Positions 50,273 to 60,377 are shown, counted from the first letter of the stretch. The stretch: DNA of 64,000 nt from Gammaproteobacteria bacterium (GCA_965222155.1 CBDCTH010000012.1:384001-448000), one strand, 5' to 3'. Notes: a model not told the origin generated them from the sequence alone. Numbers and translations are program-made.

Positions 50273-51526
50273 CAGGGCAAACGCATACTTTCATCCGGCT
50301 TGTCCAAACAGGATTTCAGCCCGTCTTTCATCACTCCACCCGGCCTGCTTGAGTTTCCCTCGCATACTGTTCTTCTGTGGGTGTAATCTCGCCAGGTTCA
50401 GACAGAAGCGCCGGATAATCCCCACGTTCTCCGCCCCGTCCCCTTTGCGGATCCGGCAATCCTCCTCCTTGAATGCCACGTCCAACACCCAATGCGCCTT
50501 GTTCTCCACCTCCCAATGCCGACGGATCCCCTGCGCCACCCGTTCAGCATCTAATGGCAGGGAACTGATATAGTACTGTGTCTCGGTCTCCACCTCCTGC
50601 CCCGGCAGGTGCCGTTCCCGCTCCATCTCAACCACCGTTTGCAGTCCCGGCCACTTGGCCGCCTCACTCACCCAGTCACTCACCGACACCTGCCGGCAGG
50701 TGCGCTTCTCCACCCGACCATGCCCCGCATCGACCTCCTCATACACCCCTGTCAGACCCGGTGTATCACGTCTAACCTTATGAAAGTACGCCTGTATTTC
50801 ACGCTGAAAGGTCTTGTGATTACCCTTCAGCGATAACGTGTAATCGCCCCCCTTCCCATGAATCTTGCGCGCTATCTTCTTCTGCGTATTCATCGCATCC
50901 GCGGTAATATGCGCCCCCTTTACCTGTAACAGTTCCAGCAACTCCATCACCGAGGCCTGCTCATTCTTCTTCCCCGACGACTTCATCTGCGCCAGCACCA
51001 ACCCGCATTCATGACCCCAGGCCGTGATGCTGTGCAAGGCCGCCTGCCGCACCCCGTCATGGGAACGCCTCAACGTCTTCCCATCCAACGCAATCTGTGC
51101 CTGTCCCCGTTCCCCGCGTACCTCATTCACCCAAGCAATGAACGCCCGGTTGAACTGCTCAGGGTCTATCGCACGCACCACCCGCGCAATCGTATCATCC
51201 ACCGGTACCCCGTTCGCAAACGGCCGGTATTGTCTCAACCAAACCAGCTTCTCATCGCCAAACTCCTTGATATCTTTCCACCCTTCCGCCCCCGATATGA
51301 CCGCACTCACCGTCAAAAACAGAATGTCCAACAGGTCATGACGCTTGTTGATATCACGCCGCGGGTCATCAATCGTCGCCAATTGTGACAGTAAACTCAT
51401 GGTGTTCTCCTCTTTTTGCGGTAATGACTGCTATGATCCACCCAAATTCCAGGAGTTCCCCACCTATCTATATCTCTTTGGAATAAAAAATACTCTGTTT
51501 ATGACTTAAAGTATGATCTTGCCCTG
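50273..51526 (-). mobile_element. ISAs1-family insertion sequence
   Basis: IRs cagggcaaacgcatacttt / aaagtatgatcttgccctg; 10-bp target duplication CCGTCAGTAA at 50263-50272 and 51527-51536. Confidence 0.95.
50291..51400 (-). CDS. ISAs1 transposase
   Basis: DPRRDINKRH, IALDGKTLR, TADAMNTQ, RRHWEVENKAHWVLDVAFKEE. Confidence 0.95.
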   Translation of the reverse strand: MSLLSQLATIDDPRRDINKRHDLLDILFLTVSAVISGAEGWKDIKEFGDEKLVWLRQYRPFANGVPVDDTIARVVRAIDPEQFNRAFIAWVNEVRGERGQAQIALDGKTLRRSHDGVRQAALHSITAWGHECGLVLAQMKSSGKKNEQASVMELLELLQVKGAHITADAMNTQKKIARKIHGKGGDYTLSLKGNHKTFQREIQAYFHKVRRDTPGLTGVYEEVDAGHGRVEKRTCRQVSVSDWVSEAAKWPGLQTVVEMERERHLPGQEVETETQYYISSLPLDAERVAQGIRRHWEVENKAHWVLDVAFKEEDCRIRKGDGAENVGIIRRFCLNLARLHPQKNSMRGKLKQAGWSDERRAEILFGQAG

Positions 51527-51555
51527 CCGTCAGTAACCAATAAACAATCTCCCGC

Positions 51556-51584
51556 TTGACGGAAAACCCGGAGTAAGATTTAAT
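51556..51584 (+). promoter_or_regulatory. sigma70-like promoter for tRNA-Phe
   Basis: TTGACG-17 bp-TTTAAT about 50 bp upstream of the tRNA. Confidence 0.6.
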
Positions 51585-51632
51585 ACCTCCCTTTCTCCAA
51601 CGCCTCCTCACCCTTGGCGCCCGTATTGATTT

Positions 51633-51705
51633 GGCCAGGTAGCTCAGTAGGTAGAGCAGGGGACTGAAAATCCCTGTGTCGGCAGTTCGATTCTGTCCCT
51701 GGCCA
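51633..51705 (+). tRNA. tRNA-Phe (GAA); CCA not encoded
   Basis: GGCCAGG acceptor stem, TAGCTCAGTAGGTAGAGC D-arm, CTGAAAA anticodon loop, GTTCGATTC T-loop, CCTGGCC-A. Confidence 0.97.
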
Positions 51706-51710
51706 TACTT
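51695..51710 (+). repeat. att core copy 1 (tRNA-Phe 3' end), GTCCCTGGCCATACTT
   Basis: Identical 16-mer at 54649, 56078, 60896 and 61987. Confidence 0.92.
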
Positions 51711-51747
51711 ATCTACAAATATTGACGCTGATGAGCGTCATTCTGCA

Positions 51748-51948
51748 CTATGTGGTTTCAAATTCCAGAGAGGACCATTTGATGCTGGAGGAACGCTTGG
51801 AAAGATTCAACATCTCTACGCCTACGAGTTCGTTGGCTTCATTGTAGTCGAGAACAACTCCTGGCGAGACCTCTTCTGATTCGACAATTTTTGAATCATC
51901 CAGACGCAGGTAGAGTGCGTCAGCTTCTTTATCAACGTGCAGTTTCAT
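51748..51948 (-). CDS. DUF2283-family putative antitoxin
   Basis: MKLHVDKEADALYLRL...ESEEVSPGVVLDY...LVGVEML. Confidence 0.85.
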   Translation of the reverse strand: MKLHVDKEADALYLRLDDSKIVESEEVSPGVVLDYNEANELVGVEMLNLSKRSSSIKWSSLEFETT

Positions 51949-52100
51949 AATTTTTCTCGCTTGCTTCGGTCAAAGAATACGCTTACCACCCGCCAGGGTG
52001 CACTCGGGTGTTTACTGCTACCCGTAAGGTGCGATCGCCATTTTCGGGGATGCGACGGAAAAATCGCTCTACAAACGGATCGTTCGGGTCCGGTGAAAGG
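51945..52100 (-). pseudogene. DUF4258-family putative toxin, 5'-truncated and frameshifted
   Basis: C-terminus PWRVVSVFFDRS; 1-nt deletion relative to the copy at 62237; 5' part replaced by an IS-end-like sequence. Confidence 0.65.
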
Positions 52101-52216
52101 GGGGTTTAAGGAGAAATAACAGGCATAAATGGCACATAAACTGAACTGGAACAAATAGTCAGGCAGGTCCGACCCTATCCTGCAAAATATCCTTATATGC
52201 CAGGTGCAGCTTCCTG

Positions 52217-52510
52217 TCAGGCTACTTCAAGTTTTTCGAAATCGTCGAGGTTGATCTTCTGCCGCGCTTCCCATAAATCATAGTTATCCTGCATTGACAA
52301 CCAGCTTTCCGGGGACCTGCCGATGACTTTGGACAGCTTGAGCGCCATAGTCGGCGTGATGCTGCTCTTGGCGTTGAGAATCCGGCTGATCACGGATTCA
52401 CTGACTCGTAACCTCTCAGCCAGTTCTTTCGCGCCGATGTTAAAGGGTTCCAGGTAGACCCGTTTGATAAACACTCCCGGATGCATGGGATTATGTTGCT
52501 CGATACTCAT
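52217..52510 (-). CDS. higA: HigA/VapI antitoxin
   Basis: NPMHPG...LAERLRVS...ITPTMALKLS...SPESWLSMQDNYDL. Confidence 0.92.
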   Translation of the reverse strand: MSIEQHNPMHPGVFIKRVYLEPFNIGAKELAERLRVSESVISRILNAKSSITPTMALKLSKVIGRSPESWLSMQDNYDLWEARQKINLDDFEKLEVA

Positions 52511-52788
52511 TAGTGATAATCCTCATAATCTACGGCATAGGCGTCGCTGTCCATGAACTCGAATATGATCCGCCAGTTGCCGCTTACGTTAATTGCCCAC
52601 TGCCCTCTCTTATCACCCTTGAGTGGGTGCATGCGCCAACCGGGTATATTCATATCCTCGATTGTGAACGCAGTATGCAAGGCCTGTAACCGTTCCTCAA
52701 TTCGCGCTTTATGGGTTGACTGAATACCGGCCGTGCTACCCGTGGTGAAGAATTTCTCTAATCCCTTATGCTTAAAGCTCCTGATCAT
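52510..52788 (-). CDS. higB: HigB (plasmid maintenance killer) toxin
   Basis: MIRSFKHKGLEKFF...HPLKGDKRGQWAINVSGNWRIIFEF...DYEDYH. Confidence 0.92.
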   Translation of the reverse strand: MIRSFKHKGLEKFFTTGSTAGIQSTHKARIEERLQALHTAFTIEDMNIPGWRMHPLKGDKRGQWAINVSGNWRIIFEFMDSDAYAVDYEDYH

Positions 52789-52856
52789 GACGGCTTGTAC
52801 TTTACACTTGCGCAAGTTGGAATTCAAGGATGAATTCACAGTTTAATTGTTCCTAA

Positions 52857-53602
52857 GGTACTGACAAATTAACTCCCGAAAATACATAATGCCGGTATGA
52901 ATATATACAAACGTCACCGGTTTCCACCCGATATCATCAGTTATGCAGTCTGGCTATATTTTCGATTCAATCTTAGCCACTGGGATATTGAAGACCTGCT
53001 GGCACAACGTGGAATAATCGTCAGCTATGAATCCATCAGGTTATGGTGCATCAAGTTTGGCCGGATTTATGCCAGACGGTTGAAGCGCCGACACACAGGT
53101 TATGGAGACACATTCTTCATGGATGAAGTCTTCGTGAAGATAAACGGCAAGCAGCAATATCTATGGCGAGCTGTTGACCAGGAGGGTGAAGTGGTTGATG
53201 TATTTCTACAGTCGCGTCGTGATGGGGTAGCGGCTAAACGATTCTTTAAACGCCTGCTGCGAAGACAGGATGAAGAGCCCAGGCAAATTGTAACCGATAA
53301 ATTACGACGCTATGGCATCGCGCAGCGTGCGCTGATCCCGGAGACTATCCATAACACAGCACAGTATGCCAATAACAGGGCGGAATTATCTCATCAGCCG
53401 ACCAGAGTCAGAGAACGCGGGATAAGGCGATTCAAGTCAACTGCGCAGGCTCAGCGATTTTTGAATGTCCACGCGGCAGTGTACAATCTTTTCAACCTTG
53501 GACGACATCTTGTAAGCGCCAGGCATTACAGAAAACTCAGGATAGATGCCTTTGGACAATGGACAATAGCCGTTGCTTGATTCCGGACAATGAATTTCTA
53601 CT
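52857..53602 (+). mobile_element. IS6-family element, right IR lost; transposase 52897..53580
   Basis: Left IR ggtactgacaaattaact; HRFPPDII, MDEVFVKING, VTDKL, NNRAELSHQP. Confidence 0.88.
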
Positions 53603-53751
53603 GTGACCTTCCCCCAATAAACTGGACCAATCTAAACTAGAGTTTTCCGCAATTTGGCCCTTCTGACCTGCCCCCTACGGATCAGACCGAATGGATGGGA
53701 TGAACTGAAGGGAGGGCGAAACTCCGAAGGGTGTATCTACGGGTCCTTCTC

Positions 53752-54111
53752 TCAGGTCTCGCCAATAAGACTTTCCAACGGAATGGACAGCTTGGAATGA
53801 AGGTTTCTTATCATGGCCAACGAGAGTTCACGGCGCCGGTTGAGGATGTCCGAAACCCTGCCCCGGTTGCCGATACAGGGCTCCAGGTCCTTTCTCGTCA
53901 GGTTCATTTGCTCCATCCTGAATTTTATGGCATCCACGGGGTCCGGCGGAGCAATCCGGTGATGCTTGTCTTCATAATCTTCAACTAGGATTAGCAGGAT
54001 ATCCAGTTTGTCACCCGCTGCCGTCCCTTCTTCGGCTCCCCACAACCTTTCGATTTCTGCAAGGGTCTGGTCGTAATCCTGTTCATTTCTTATGGGTTGA
54101 ATATCCATCAT
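53752..54111 (-). CDS. higA: HigA-like HTH antitoxin
   Basis: IQPIRNEQDY...PDPVDAIKFRMEQ...RVSDILNRRRELSLAMIR. Confidence 0.9.
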   Translation of the reverse strand: MMDIQPIRNEQDYDQTLAEIERLWGAEEGTAAGDKLDILLILVEDYEDKHHRIAPPDPVDAIKFRMEQMNLTRKDLEPCIGNRGRVSDILNRRRELSLAMIRNLHSKLSIPLESLIGET

Positions 54112-54409
54112 ACGTCTCCGCATCAATAGTGTCATATTGCTTGTGAGTGCCGATAAACTTCACAAAACAGGCCTGTCTCTGGTAATCGATAGCAACAACC
54201 AGCCGGTACTTATTCCCTGCTATATTGAAAACCACACGGTTGTTTTTGAGGATACTCGCCGCCCCGAACTGTGCTTTCAACTCCTGGGGCTTAGTCCATG
54301 AAGCCCTTATTACTTCAAAATACCAAGACTCCAATGGCCCCTTCGCATCAGCATATTCAGGCACCGACTCCCAGAACTCCCTTAATGACCTTTTTGCGAT
54401 TACCCGCAC
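54083..54409 (-). CDS. higB: HigB-family toxin
   Basis: MRVIAKRSLREFW...RVVFNIAGNKYRLV...FIGTHKQYD. Confidence 0.9.
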   Translation of the reverse strand: MRVIAKRSLREFWESVPEYADAKGPLESWYFEVIRASWTKPQELKAQFGAASILKNNRVVFNIAGNKYRLVVAIDYQRQACFVKFIGTHKQYDTIDAETYDGYSTHKK

Positions 54410-54483
54410 AGGGATTATTATAGATGATTCCTGATTGGGATCAAGCTAAGATTTGAGTAGTGTCAAATCACCAAACTCGATAT

Positions 54484-54664
54484 TTACTGATAATTCAATA
54501 TCTTGCACGTCCTCACGAAGTTTACATATCTCTCCCGCAGAGACGTAAAATCATACCGGATATATTGTTGGTACAGATGTTGGGATAATAAAAATAGTGA
54601 AGTTATTAATTACAATAAATCAATAAGTTATAAATGTAATACTATTACGTCCCTGGCCATACTT
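54484..54664 (+). other. attR-like site 2: conserved arm plus tRNA-Phe 3'-end core
   Basis: TGTTGG direct repeats 12 bp apart (54566, 54578), IHF consensus match AATCAATAAGTTA (54618-54630), core 54649-54664. Confidence 0.8.
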
Positions 54665-54694
54665 ATCCGCCTGAATCGAATCGGCCATTATAGG

Positions 54695-54800
54695 GTGAGG
54701 CGCCGTGAAACGCTGATTGCCCGGCCGCGTTTTGGCTATCGGCGTCTGCATGTGTTATTGCAGCGGGAAGGCTGGGCGGCGAATCACAAGCGCATTAATT
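54695..54800 (+). pseudogene. IS3-family OrfB fragment
   Basis: RPRFGYRRLHVLLQREGWAANHKRI. Confidence 0.7.
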
Positions 54801-54854
54801 TAGAGAAGAGTATAACCTGGGGTTGAGAACGGTGCTGATGAGCGTCATTCTGCG

Positions 54855-55055
54855 CTACATGGTTTCAAATTCCAGGGAGGACCATTTTATGCTGGAGGAA
54901 CGCTTGGAAAGATTCAACATCTCTAAGCCTACGAGTTCATTGGCTTCATTGTAATCAAGAACTACTCCGGGCGAGACCTCTTCTGATTCGACATTTTTTG
55001 AATCATCCAGGCGCAGGTAGAGTGCGTCAGCTTCATTATCAACGTGCAGTTTCAT
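54855..55055 (-). CDS. DUF2283-family putative antitoxin (diverged third copy)
   Basis: MKLHVDNEADALYLRL...; no DUF4258 partner upstream. Confidence 0.82.
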   Translation of the reverse strand: MKLHVDNEADALYLRLDDSKNVESEEVSPGVVLDYNEANELVGLEMLNLSKRSSSIKWSSLEFETM

Positions 55056-55061
55056 AAACAA

Positions 55062-55397
55062 TCAGGAATAAATTTCAAGGCAACTGCTCTCGTGATCATT
55101 ATAGAAGTCATGAATTCTATCCTGGTTGTTGATCAGGAGGCCAAGTACATACCACTTGGGCTTGTTACCACATTTGAGCCAGATAACTTTGGGCGGTTTG
55201 CCATGTAACAGGCTGAGTTCGTGAAAATCTGAGTCCTTGGTAACAATCGTATAACCATTATCTTTGGCAAATCGCCAGATAGTCATATCGTCTGCCTGCT
55301 CAAGACCCAGTGATCTGACTTGCGTTGAACCGGGGTAGATGGACTTGATCTTGTCCAGCAACCGGTACGGCAGGTTCTGGTCCAAGAGCAACTTCAA
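55062..55397 (-). CDS. DUF5615 PIN-like toxin
   Basis: MKLLLDQNL...DD..IW..A......IVTKDSDF...GKPPKVIWL. Confidence 0.88.
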   Translation of the reverse strand: MKLLLDQNLPYRLLDKIKSIYPGSTQVRSLGLEQADDMTIWRFAKDNGYTIVTKDSDFHELSLLHGKPPKVIWLKCGNKPKWYVLGLLINNQDRIHDFYNDHESSCLEIYS

Positions 55398-55621
55398 GTC
55401 TGTGCTATCGTAGATAACTGGTGTTCACGGTCGGCAGCAAAGGCAAGACAAGCTCTGATATCATCCCTGGTCAGTTCCGGATAATCGTCCAGAATCTCAG
55501 TTTCGCTCATACCTGACGCCAACCAGTCCAGCACATCATAGACGGTGATCCGCATGGAGCGGATACACGGCTTGCCGCCACGCTTACCTGGTTCGATGGT
55601 AATGTAATTTTGATAGTTCAT
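55394..55621 (-). CDS. DUF433 antitoxin
   Basis: PGKRGGKPCIRSMRITVYDVL...EILDDYPELT..DIRACLAFAA. Confidence 0.9.
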   Translation of the reverse strand: MNYQNYITIEPGKRGGKPCIRSMRITVYDVLDWLASGMSETEILDDYPELTRDDIRACLAFAADREHQLSTIAQT

Positions 55622-55710
55622 TATGTGGTGCACCACATTGAGTAACAGCATAAACCTTAATCACGATCCTTTACAAGTAATACTACTCATTTAATTGGCT
55701 TAGTCCCATC

Positions 55711-55906
55711 TGACATGCCCCCTGCGGATCAGACTGAATGAATGGGATGAACCGCAGGCAGGGCGAAACACCGAATGGCGGATCTACGGGTCCTGCCCTC
55801 AGGTCTCGCCAATAAGACTTTCCAACGGAATGGACAGCCTGGAATGAAGGTTTCTTATCATGGCCAACGAGAGTTCCAAGCGCCGGTTCAGAATATCCGA
55901 AACCCT
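55711..55906 (-). pseudogene. diverged copy of the higA 3' end and trailer (about 53664-53860)
   Basis: Shared tcaggtctcgccaataagactttccaacggaatggacagc and adjacent tgac.tgcccc..cggatcaga. Confidence 0.75.
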
Positions 55907-55924
55907 CATACATCTCCACAATAA

Positions 55925-56093
55925 TTACTGATAAATCAATGTCTTGCACGTTCTCACGAAGTTTATATATCGTCCCCGCAGAGAAGTAAAGCCATATCGG
56001 AATAAATGTTGTAACGGCATTTATTAAACCAATAAAAATGCATTTATAACAGTATCTTATCAGTCCAGTACTATTACGTCCCTGGCCATACTT
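55925..56093 (+). other. attR-like site 3
   Basis: Arm homologous to 54484-54600 (ttactgataa.tcaat.tcttgcacg..ctcacgaagttt); core 56078-56093. Confidence 0.78.
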
Positions 56094-56195
56094 TTGCCTG
56101 AATCGAACCGGCCATTGTCAGGCCATGCGCTGTTCTGCGAGAGTCGGCGCATCTTGAGTGTCGTGACTTGGTTACGACTGGCAGTCGTACTTTTT

Positions 56196-56396
56196 TCACT
56201 TCACAGCCTCAATCAAATCGATATCTTTTCTAAGCATCTCATTGATCAATTCATTCACCTCGACGCCTTTCGATGCGGCCCTCTCTTTAAGGTAATCAAG
56301 TACGTCATCGTCCAGGTAGACAGGCAGGTTAAATTTAGCTCCGGGCCGGTAAAATTTACCGCGCTCGCCTTCGGTAAAATCGTATTCGTCTCTCAT
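56196..56396 (-). CDS. BrnA/CopG-like antitoxin (orphan)
   Basis: MRDEYDFT.GERGKFY...VYLDDDVLDYL...LINEMLR; no toxin gene upstream. Confidence 0.75.
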   Translation of the reverse strand: MRDEYDFTEGERGKFYRPGAKFNLPVYLDDDVLDYLKERAASKGVEVNELINEMLRKDIDLIEAVK

Positions 56397-56397
56397 T

Positions 56398-56550
56398 GGG
56401 TATTGACAAGTTAACTAAAAAATCAAGGATTTCTTGATTTTTCATACGCTATTGAAAAATAAATAGCTACGATAATCAACAAGTTGAATTTTGTGCGCGA
56501 ACACAAACTTTAGCTAAAACGGTGATTTTTCCGTTAACTTGTCAATACCC
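56398..56550. mobile_element. 153-bp MITE with IS6-like terminal inverted repeats
   Basis: Perfect 18-bp IR gggtattgacaagttaac / gttaacttgtcaataccc; resembles the IS6 IR ggtactgacaaattaac. Confidence 0.75.
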
Positions 56551-56575
56551 ATTTTTCAGCGGGTATCGAAAAATA

Positions 56576-56866
56576 TCAGGACGCATGAGGTCTGGCCATC
56601 AGGTCAACCCCCAGTGACTTCATGACTGCAAGCATGGTTTTAAGCCTCGGATTCCCTTTCTCACTGAAAGATCGATAAAGCTGTTCGCGTGACAACCCAG
56701 TCTCCCTGGCAAGTTCTGTCATGCCCTTGACGCGAGCTGCCACACCCATCGCCTTGGCAATGTATACAGCGTCCCCGGTTTCCAGGGCGTCAGTAACAAA
56801 TTCTGCTATTGTTTCAGGGCTGGTCAGGTAATCAGCCGGGTCAAATTCAGTAAATGTTTCAGCCAT
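56576..56866 (-). CDS. addiction-module antidote (HI1420-type)
   Basis: FDPADYL...AARVKGMTELARETGLSREQLYRSFSEKGNP. Confidence 0.9.
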   Translation of the reverse strand: MAETFTEFDPADYLTSPETIAEFVTDALETGDAVYIAKAMGVAARVKGMTELARETGLSREQLYRSFSEKGNPRLKTMLAVMKSLGVDLMARPHAS

Positions 56867-57119
56867 TTTGTTTCCTCCAATCGGTTAAAATCCGGCATGC
56901 AGTATCAATGTCCCTGCGTTGTGTACCCTTATCGCCTCCGCAAAGTAGGATGATCATTGTGTCTCCCCGTTGATGGAAATAGACCCGGTATCCCGGCCCG
57001 TAGTGTATCCGTAGTTCACTCACTCAGTTGCCGACAGGCGCAACATCACCCGGTAACCCTTCCATCAGCCGGTTGATCCGGGAGACAATTCTGGCTCTTC
57101 CGGTTTCAATCTTTTTCAC
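56859..57119 (-). pseudogene. HI1419-type RelE toxin with a nonsense codon and an N-terminal internal deletion
   Basis: VKKIETGRARIVSRINRL...PVGN*VSELRIHYGPGYRVYF...LLCGGDKGTQ; TGA at 57024-57026. Confidence 0.85.
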
Positions 57120-57223
57120 TGGTTTATTGTAGTTTATTGACTACACATAAGCAATGTTTTTCTGTGTAGGCAAAATAAAATGTTTGAATTCCAGGGACAC
57201 GAATTCCAGGGACACAATACTTA

Positions 57224-58791
57224 GTCGTCCCTGAATAACCCCAAAAGCTATTCTAACCTGTTGATTATATTTATATAAGTTACGTTTTTTTCTGGACTGA
57301 TAGTGCCGGTTTTGGTATCATGGACCTTCATTTTCTTGCAATATCGGAGATAAAAATGACGCCCAGACAACCTGACGCCGCTACCCGCACCGCAACCGAC
57401 CTGTTCCGCGAACGCCTGGACACTATGCTCAACCAACGCCATGCCTTATATCGCCTGGCCGACCTGATAGAGTGGTCGGTGTTTGATAAGGAGTTCGGGT
57501 CACTGTACTGCCCGGATAACGGTTGTCCGGGGAAACCGACCCGGTTGATGGTGGGGTTGCAGTATCTCAAGCATGTGTATGGGTTATCGGACGAGGCAGT
57601 GGTGTCGGGCTGGGTGGAGAATCCGTATTGGCAGTATGTCTGCGGGGCGGTGTACTTTCAGCATGAGGCGCCGGTAGACCCGAGCAGCCTGACGCGCTGT
57701 CGCCAACGCATTGGGGAGTCGGGGTGTGCGCGGATTTTACAGGTGACGGTGGCGCTGGGGGTGCAGAGCAAGGCAGTGAAGACGACGGACTTCAAACGGG
57801 TGACGGTGGACACCACGGTACAGGAGATAAGCGGTGAGTTATCCGACCGACAGCAAGTTGCTGAATCGGTCCCGGGTGCGGTGGGTACGGTTATGTCACA
57901 AACAGGGGGTGGTGTTACGCCAGAGCACTGCCCGCAAGGGGCCGCGGGCGTTACAACAGGCGAACCGCTACGGTCATGCCAAACAGTATCGGCGGCTGCG
58001 GCGCGAGGTGAAGCGGTTACGCACGTATCTGGGCCGGGTGGTGCGTGACAGTGAGCGTAACACCGCTGGCAATCCGGCACAGCAGCGTATCTTTGCCGAT
58101 GAATTGGCCTTAGCCAAGCGGCTGCTGGCGCAGCAGAAACAGGATAAACACAAGCTGTACAGCCTGCATGCGCCGGAGGTGGAATGTATCAGTAAGGGCA
58201 AGGTGGCTAAACGTTATGAATTCGGGGTGAAGGCGAGCATTGCCACCACGAACAAGAGCAACTTCGTGGTGGGGGGTATGGCCTTGCCGGGCAGTCCGTA
58301 TGACGGGCACACCTTGAAGGAAGCCCTGGCACAGGTGCGGCGCTTGACCGGGACGAGTATTGACGAGGCGTTTGTGGACAGGGGCTATCGGGGGCATGAT
58401 GAAACGGCGAGTACGGTGTATATCTCCGGGCAGAAGCGCGGCATTAAAACCCAACGATTGAAACGGTCGCTCAAGCGCCGCCAGGCAATTGAACCGGTCA
58501 TCGGTCATTTGAAAGCCGACGGGCTGTTAGGGCGCAATCACCTGACAGGGACACAAGGCGACCAATTAAATGTCCTGTTGAGTTGTGCCGGCCACAACCT
58601 GCGCCTGGTCCTGAGACGGCTCAGGTTTTTTTGTCTCGAAAAAAGGATACTTATACTGGCTTGGCTCCGCGTGTTGGTGCCCGCAGCGCGTCTGTCAGGC
58701 ATCGGCACACAGTTGAACCAAAAGCTGGCTGGTCTGGCTCCGCTACCGACGTCCATAATGGCAGCCTGAAATCGGGTTTTTCAGGATCGAC
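57224..58791 (+). mobile_element. IS5-family element with a frameshifted transposase (57320..58769)
   Basis: IRs gtcgtccctgaataaccc / gggtttttcaggatcgac; WVENPYWQY, VDTTVQE, frameshift near 57830, VDRGYRG, IEPVIGHLK. Confidence 0.88.
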
Positions 58792-58880
58792 AAGTTAAGG
58801 GTACTCTGATAAGCGAACCATGAAACAGACGTGGTGCTAACAATATTTCGAATCGCCCAGGATTTAATTTCGAGCCTACC

Positions 58881-59138
58881 ATGAGATTAACGGACGTTAA
58901 AGAAGTTATAGGTCCGGACGGTACGATTATTAAAGCTGACCCATTCGGTAATAATCTTGCTATTGCCTGTGAAAATGAGAATTGCGAATATCCAGTACTT
59001 TTGATTGCTCGCAAACATCAACGAGGAAACAGTAGAGGTAATCCCGCTGTGTGTAGACGTTGTCGTAGCGCCTATTACCTGGATACTGATCGCTCTAATT
59101 CAGAAACACTATACATTCACAAGTTGCCTAAACAATAA
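58881..59138 (+). CDS. small hypothetical protein, possible zinc ribbon
   Basis: 85 aa with CENENC and CRRC. Confidence 0.5.
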   Translation: MRLTDVKEVIGPDGTIIKADPFGNNLAIACENENCEYPVLLIARKHQRGNSRGNPAVCRRCRSAYYLDTDRSNSETLYIHKLPKQ

Positions 59139-59155
59139 ACCAATGGTCTGTATAG

Positions 59156-59852
59156 GGTACTGACAAATTAACTCTTTTGGCCCAGTAGAAACTTATTGTT
59201 AGGAATCAAGCGATGGCTGTTGTCCATAGTCCAAAGGCATCTATCCTGAGTTTTTTGTAATGCTCAGCGCTTACAAGATGTCGTCCAAGGTTGAAAAGAT
59301 TGTACACTGCCGCGCGGACATCCAGAAATTGCTGAGCCTGCGCTGTTGACTTGAATCGCCTCATCCCGCGTTCTCTGACTCTGGTCGGCTGATGAGATAA
59401 TTCCGCCCTGTTATTGGCATACTGTGCTGTGTTATGTATAGTCTCCGGGATCAGCGCACGCTGCGCGATGCCATAGCGTCGTAATTTATCGGTTACAATT
59501 TGCCTGGGTTCTTCACCCTGTCTTCGCAGCAGGCGTTTGAAGAATCGTTTAGCCGCTGCCCCATCACGGCGCGATTGAATAAATACATCAATAACTTCAC
59601 CCTCCTGGTCAACAGCCCACCACAGATATTGCTGATTGCCGTTTATCTTCACGAAGACTTCATCTATGTAGAATGTGTCTCCATAACCTGTGTGCCAGCA
59701 GGTGTGCCAGCAGGTCTTCAATATCCCGGTGGCTAAGATTGAATCGAAAGTAAAGCCAGACAGCATAGCTGATGATAGCGGGTGGAAACCGGTGACGTTT
59801 AGTTGTATTCATACCGGCATTATCCATTTTCGGGAGTTAATTTGTCAGTACC
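59156..59852 (-). mobile_element. IS6-family element with an internally deleted transposase pseudogene
   Basis: Both IRs present (ggtactgacaaattaact); homologous to the 52857 copy but with a deletion and a cctgctggcaca duplication near 59690-59715. Confidence 0.88.
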
Positions 59853-59859
59853 CAAGGGG

Positions 59860-60015
59860 GCGCCGACTGACGGCCGTGCTTGGTGCGGCCGGCGGGTGGT
59901 TCGGGGCGGTTCCTGGCTCAGTGATCCGCGGGCCCTGCGTTCCGCCGACCGTTACGGGTTCACCCGCTCGTCCCGCGGCAGCGATATCGGCTTCCGCCTG
60001 GCCCAGGACAAGTAG
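59860..60015 (+). pseudogene. formylglycine-generating enzyme (FGE-sulfatase) domain, C-terminal remnant
   Basis: RVVRGGSW...LRSADR...IGFRLA; cut by IS6. Confidence 0.7.
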
Positions 60016-60149
60016 AACGAAGTTGAGATACGATGCCGGTTGAGCAGGCTTCGGACTATTTCGAACGCTTGTGATTCAGGGCTTGATAGCTGATGATAAT
60101 CAACCCGGCAATGAATACACCAAAGGTGAAAATGAACAGGTATTCCATG

Positions 60150-60377
60150 TTATAACTCCTCTAATCGGTCAAGACAGGTAAAGACACGACGGTTGATGAA
60201 AACCAGAATGATTGTCACGACAATAACGGACATTGAGCAGAGTATCAGGATGGATTGCCTGGCTGTTTCAAAGTTCTGAACAAACCACGCCAGCAACGAG
60301 AGGTCTGTGACAGTCATAATAGCGAAAATAATCTTGTACCATCCAATTTCCTGCTCAATTCGGTTAACCTCGGACAT
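60150..60377 (-). CDS. small 2-TM hypothetical protein
   Basis: 75 aa, two hydrophobic helices. Confidence 0.6.
   Translation of the reverse strand: MSEVNRIEQEIGWYKIIFAIMTVTDLSLLAWFVQNFETARQSILILCSMSVIVVTIILVFINRRVFTCLDRLEEL

Larger units (their letters stand above)
51695..52837. repeat. about 1.14-kb segment duplicated at 61987-63129
   Basis: Near-identical at an offset of 10292; starts exactly at the att core. Confidence 0.95.

Noticed and set aside
57024-57026. Programmed readthrough or selenocysteine at the in-frame TGA of the toxin
   Set aside because: The position corresponds to a Gly (GGA>TGA) and the gene also has an internal deletion, so a pseudogene is the simpler reading.
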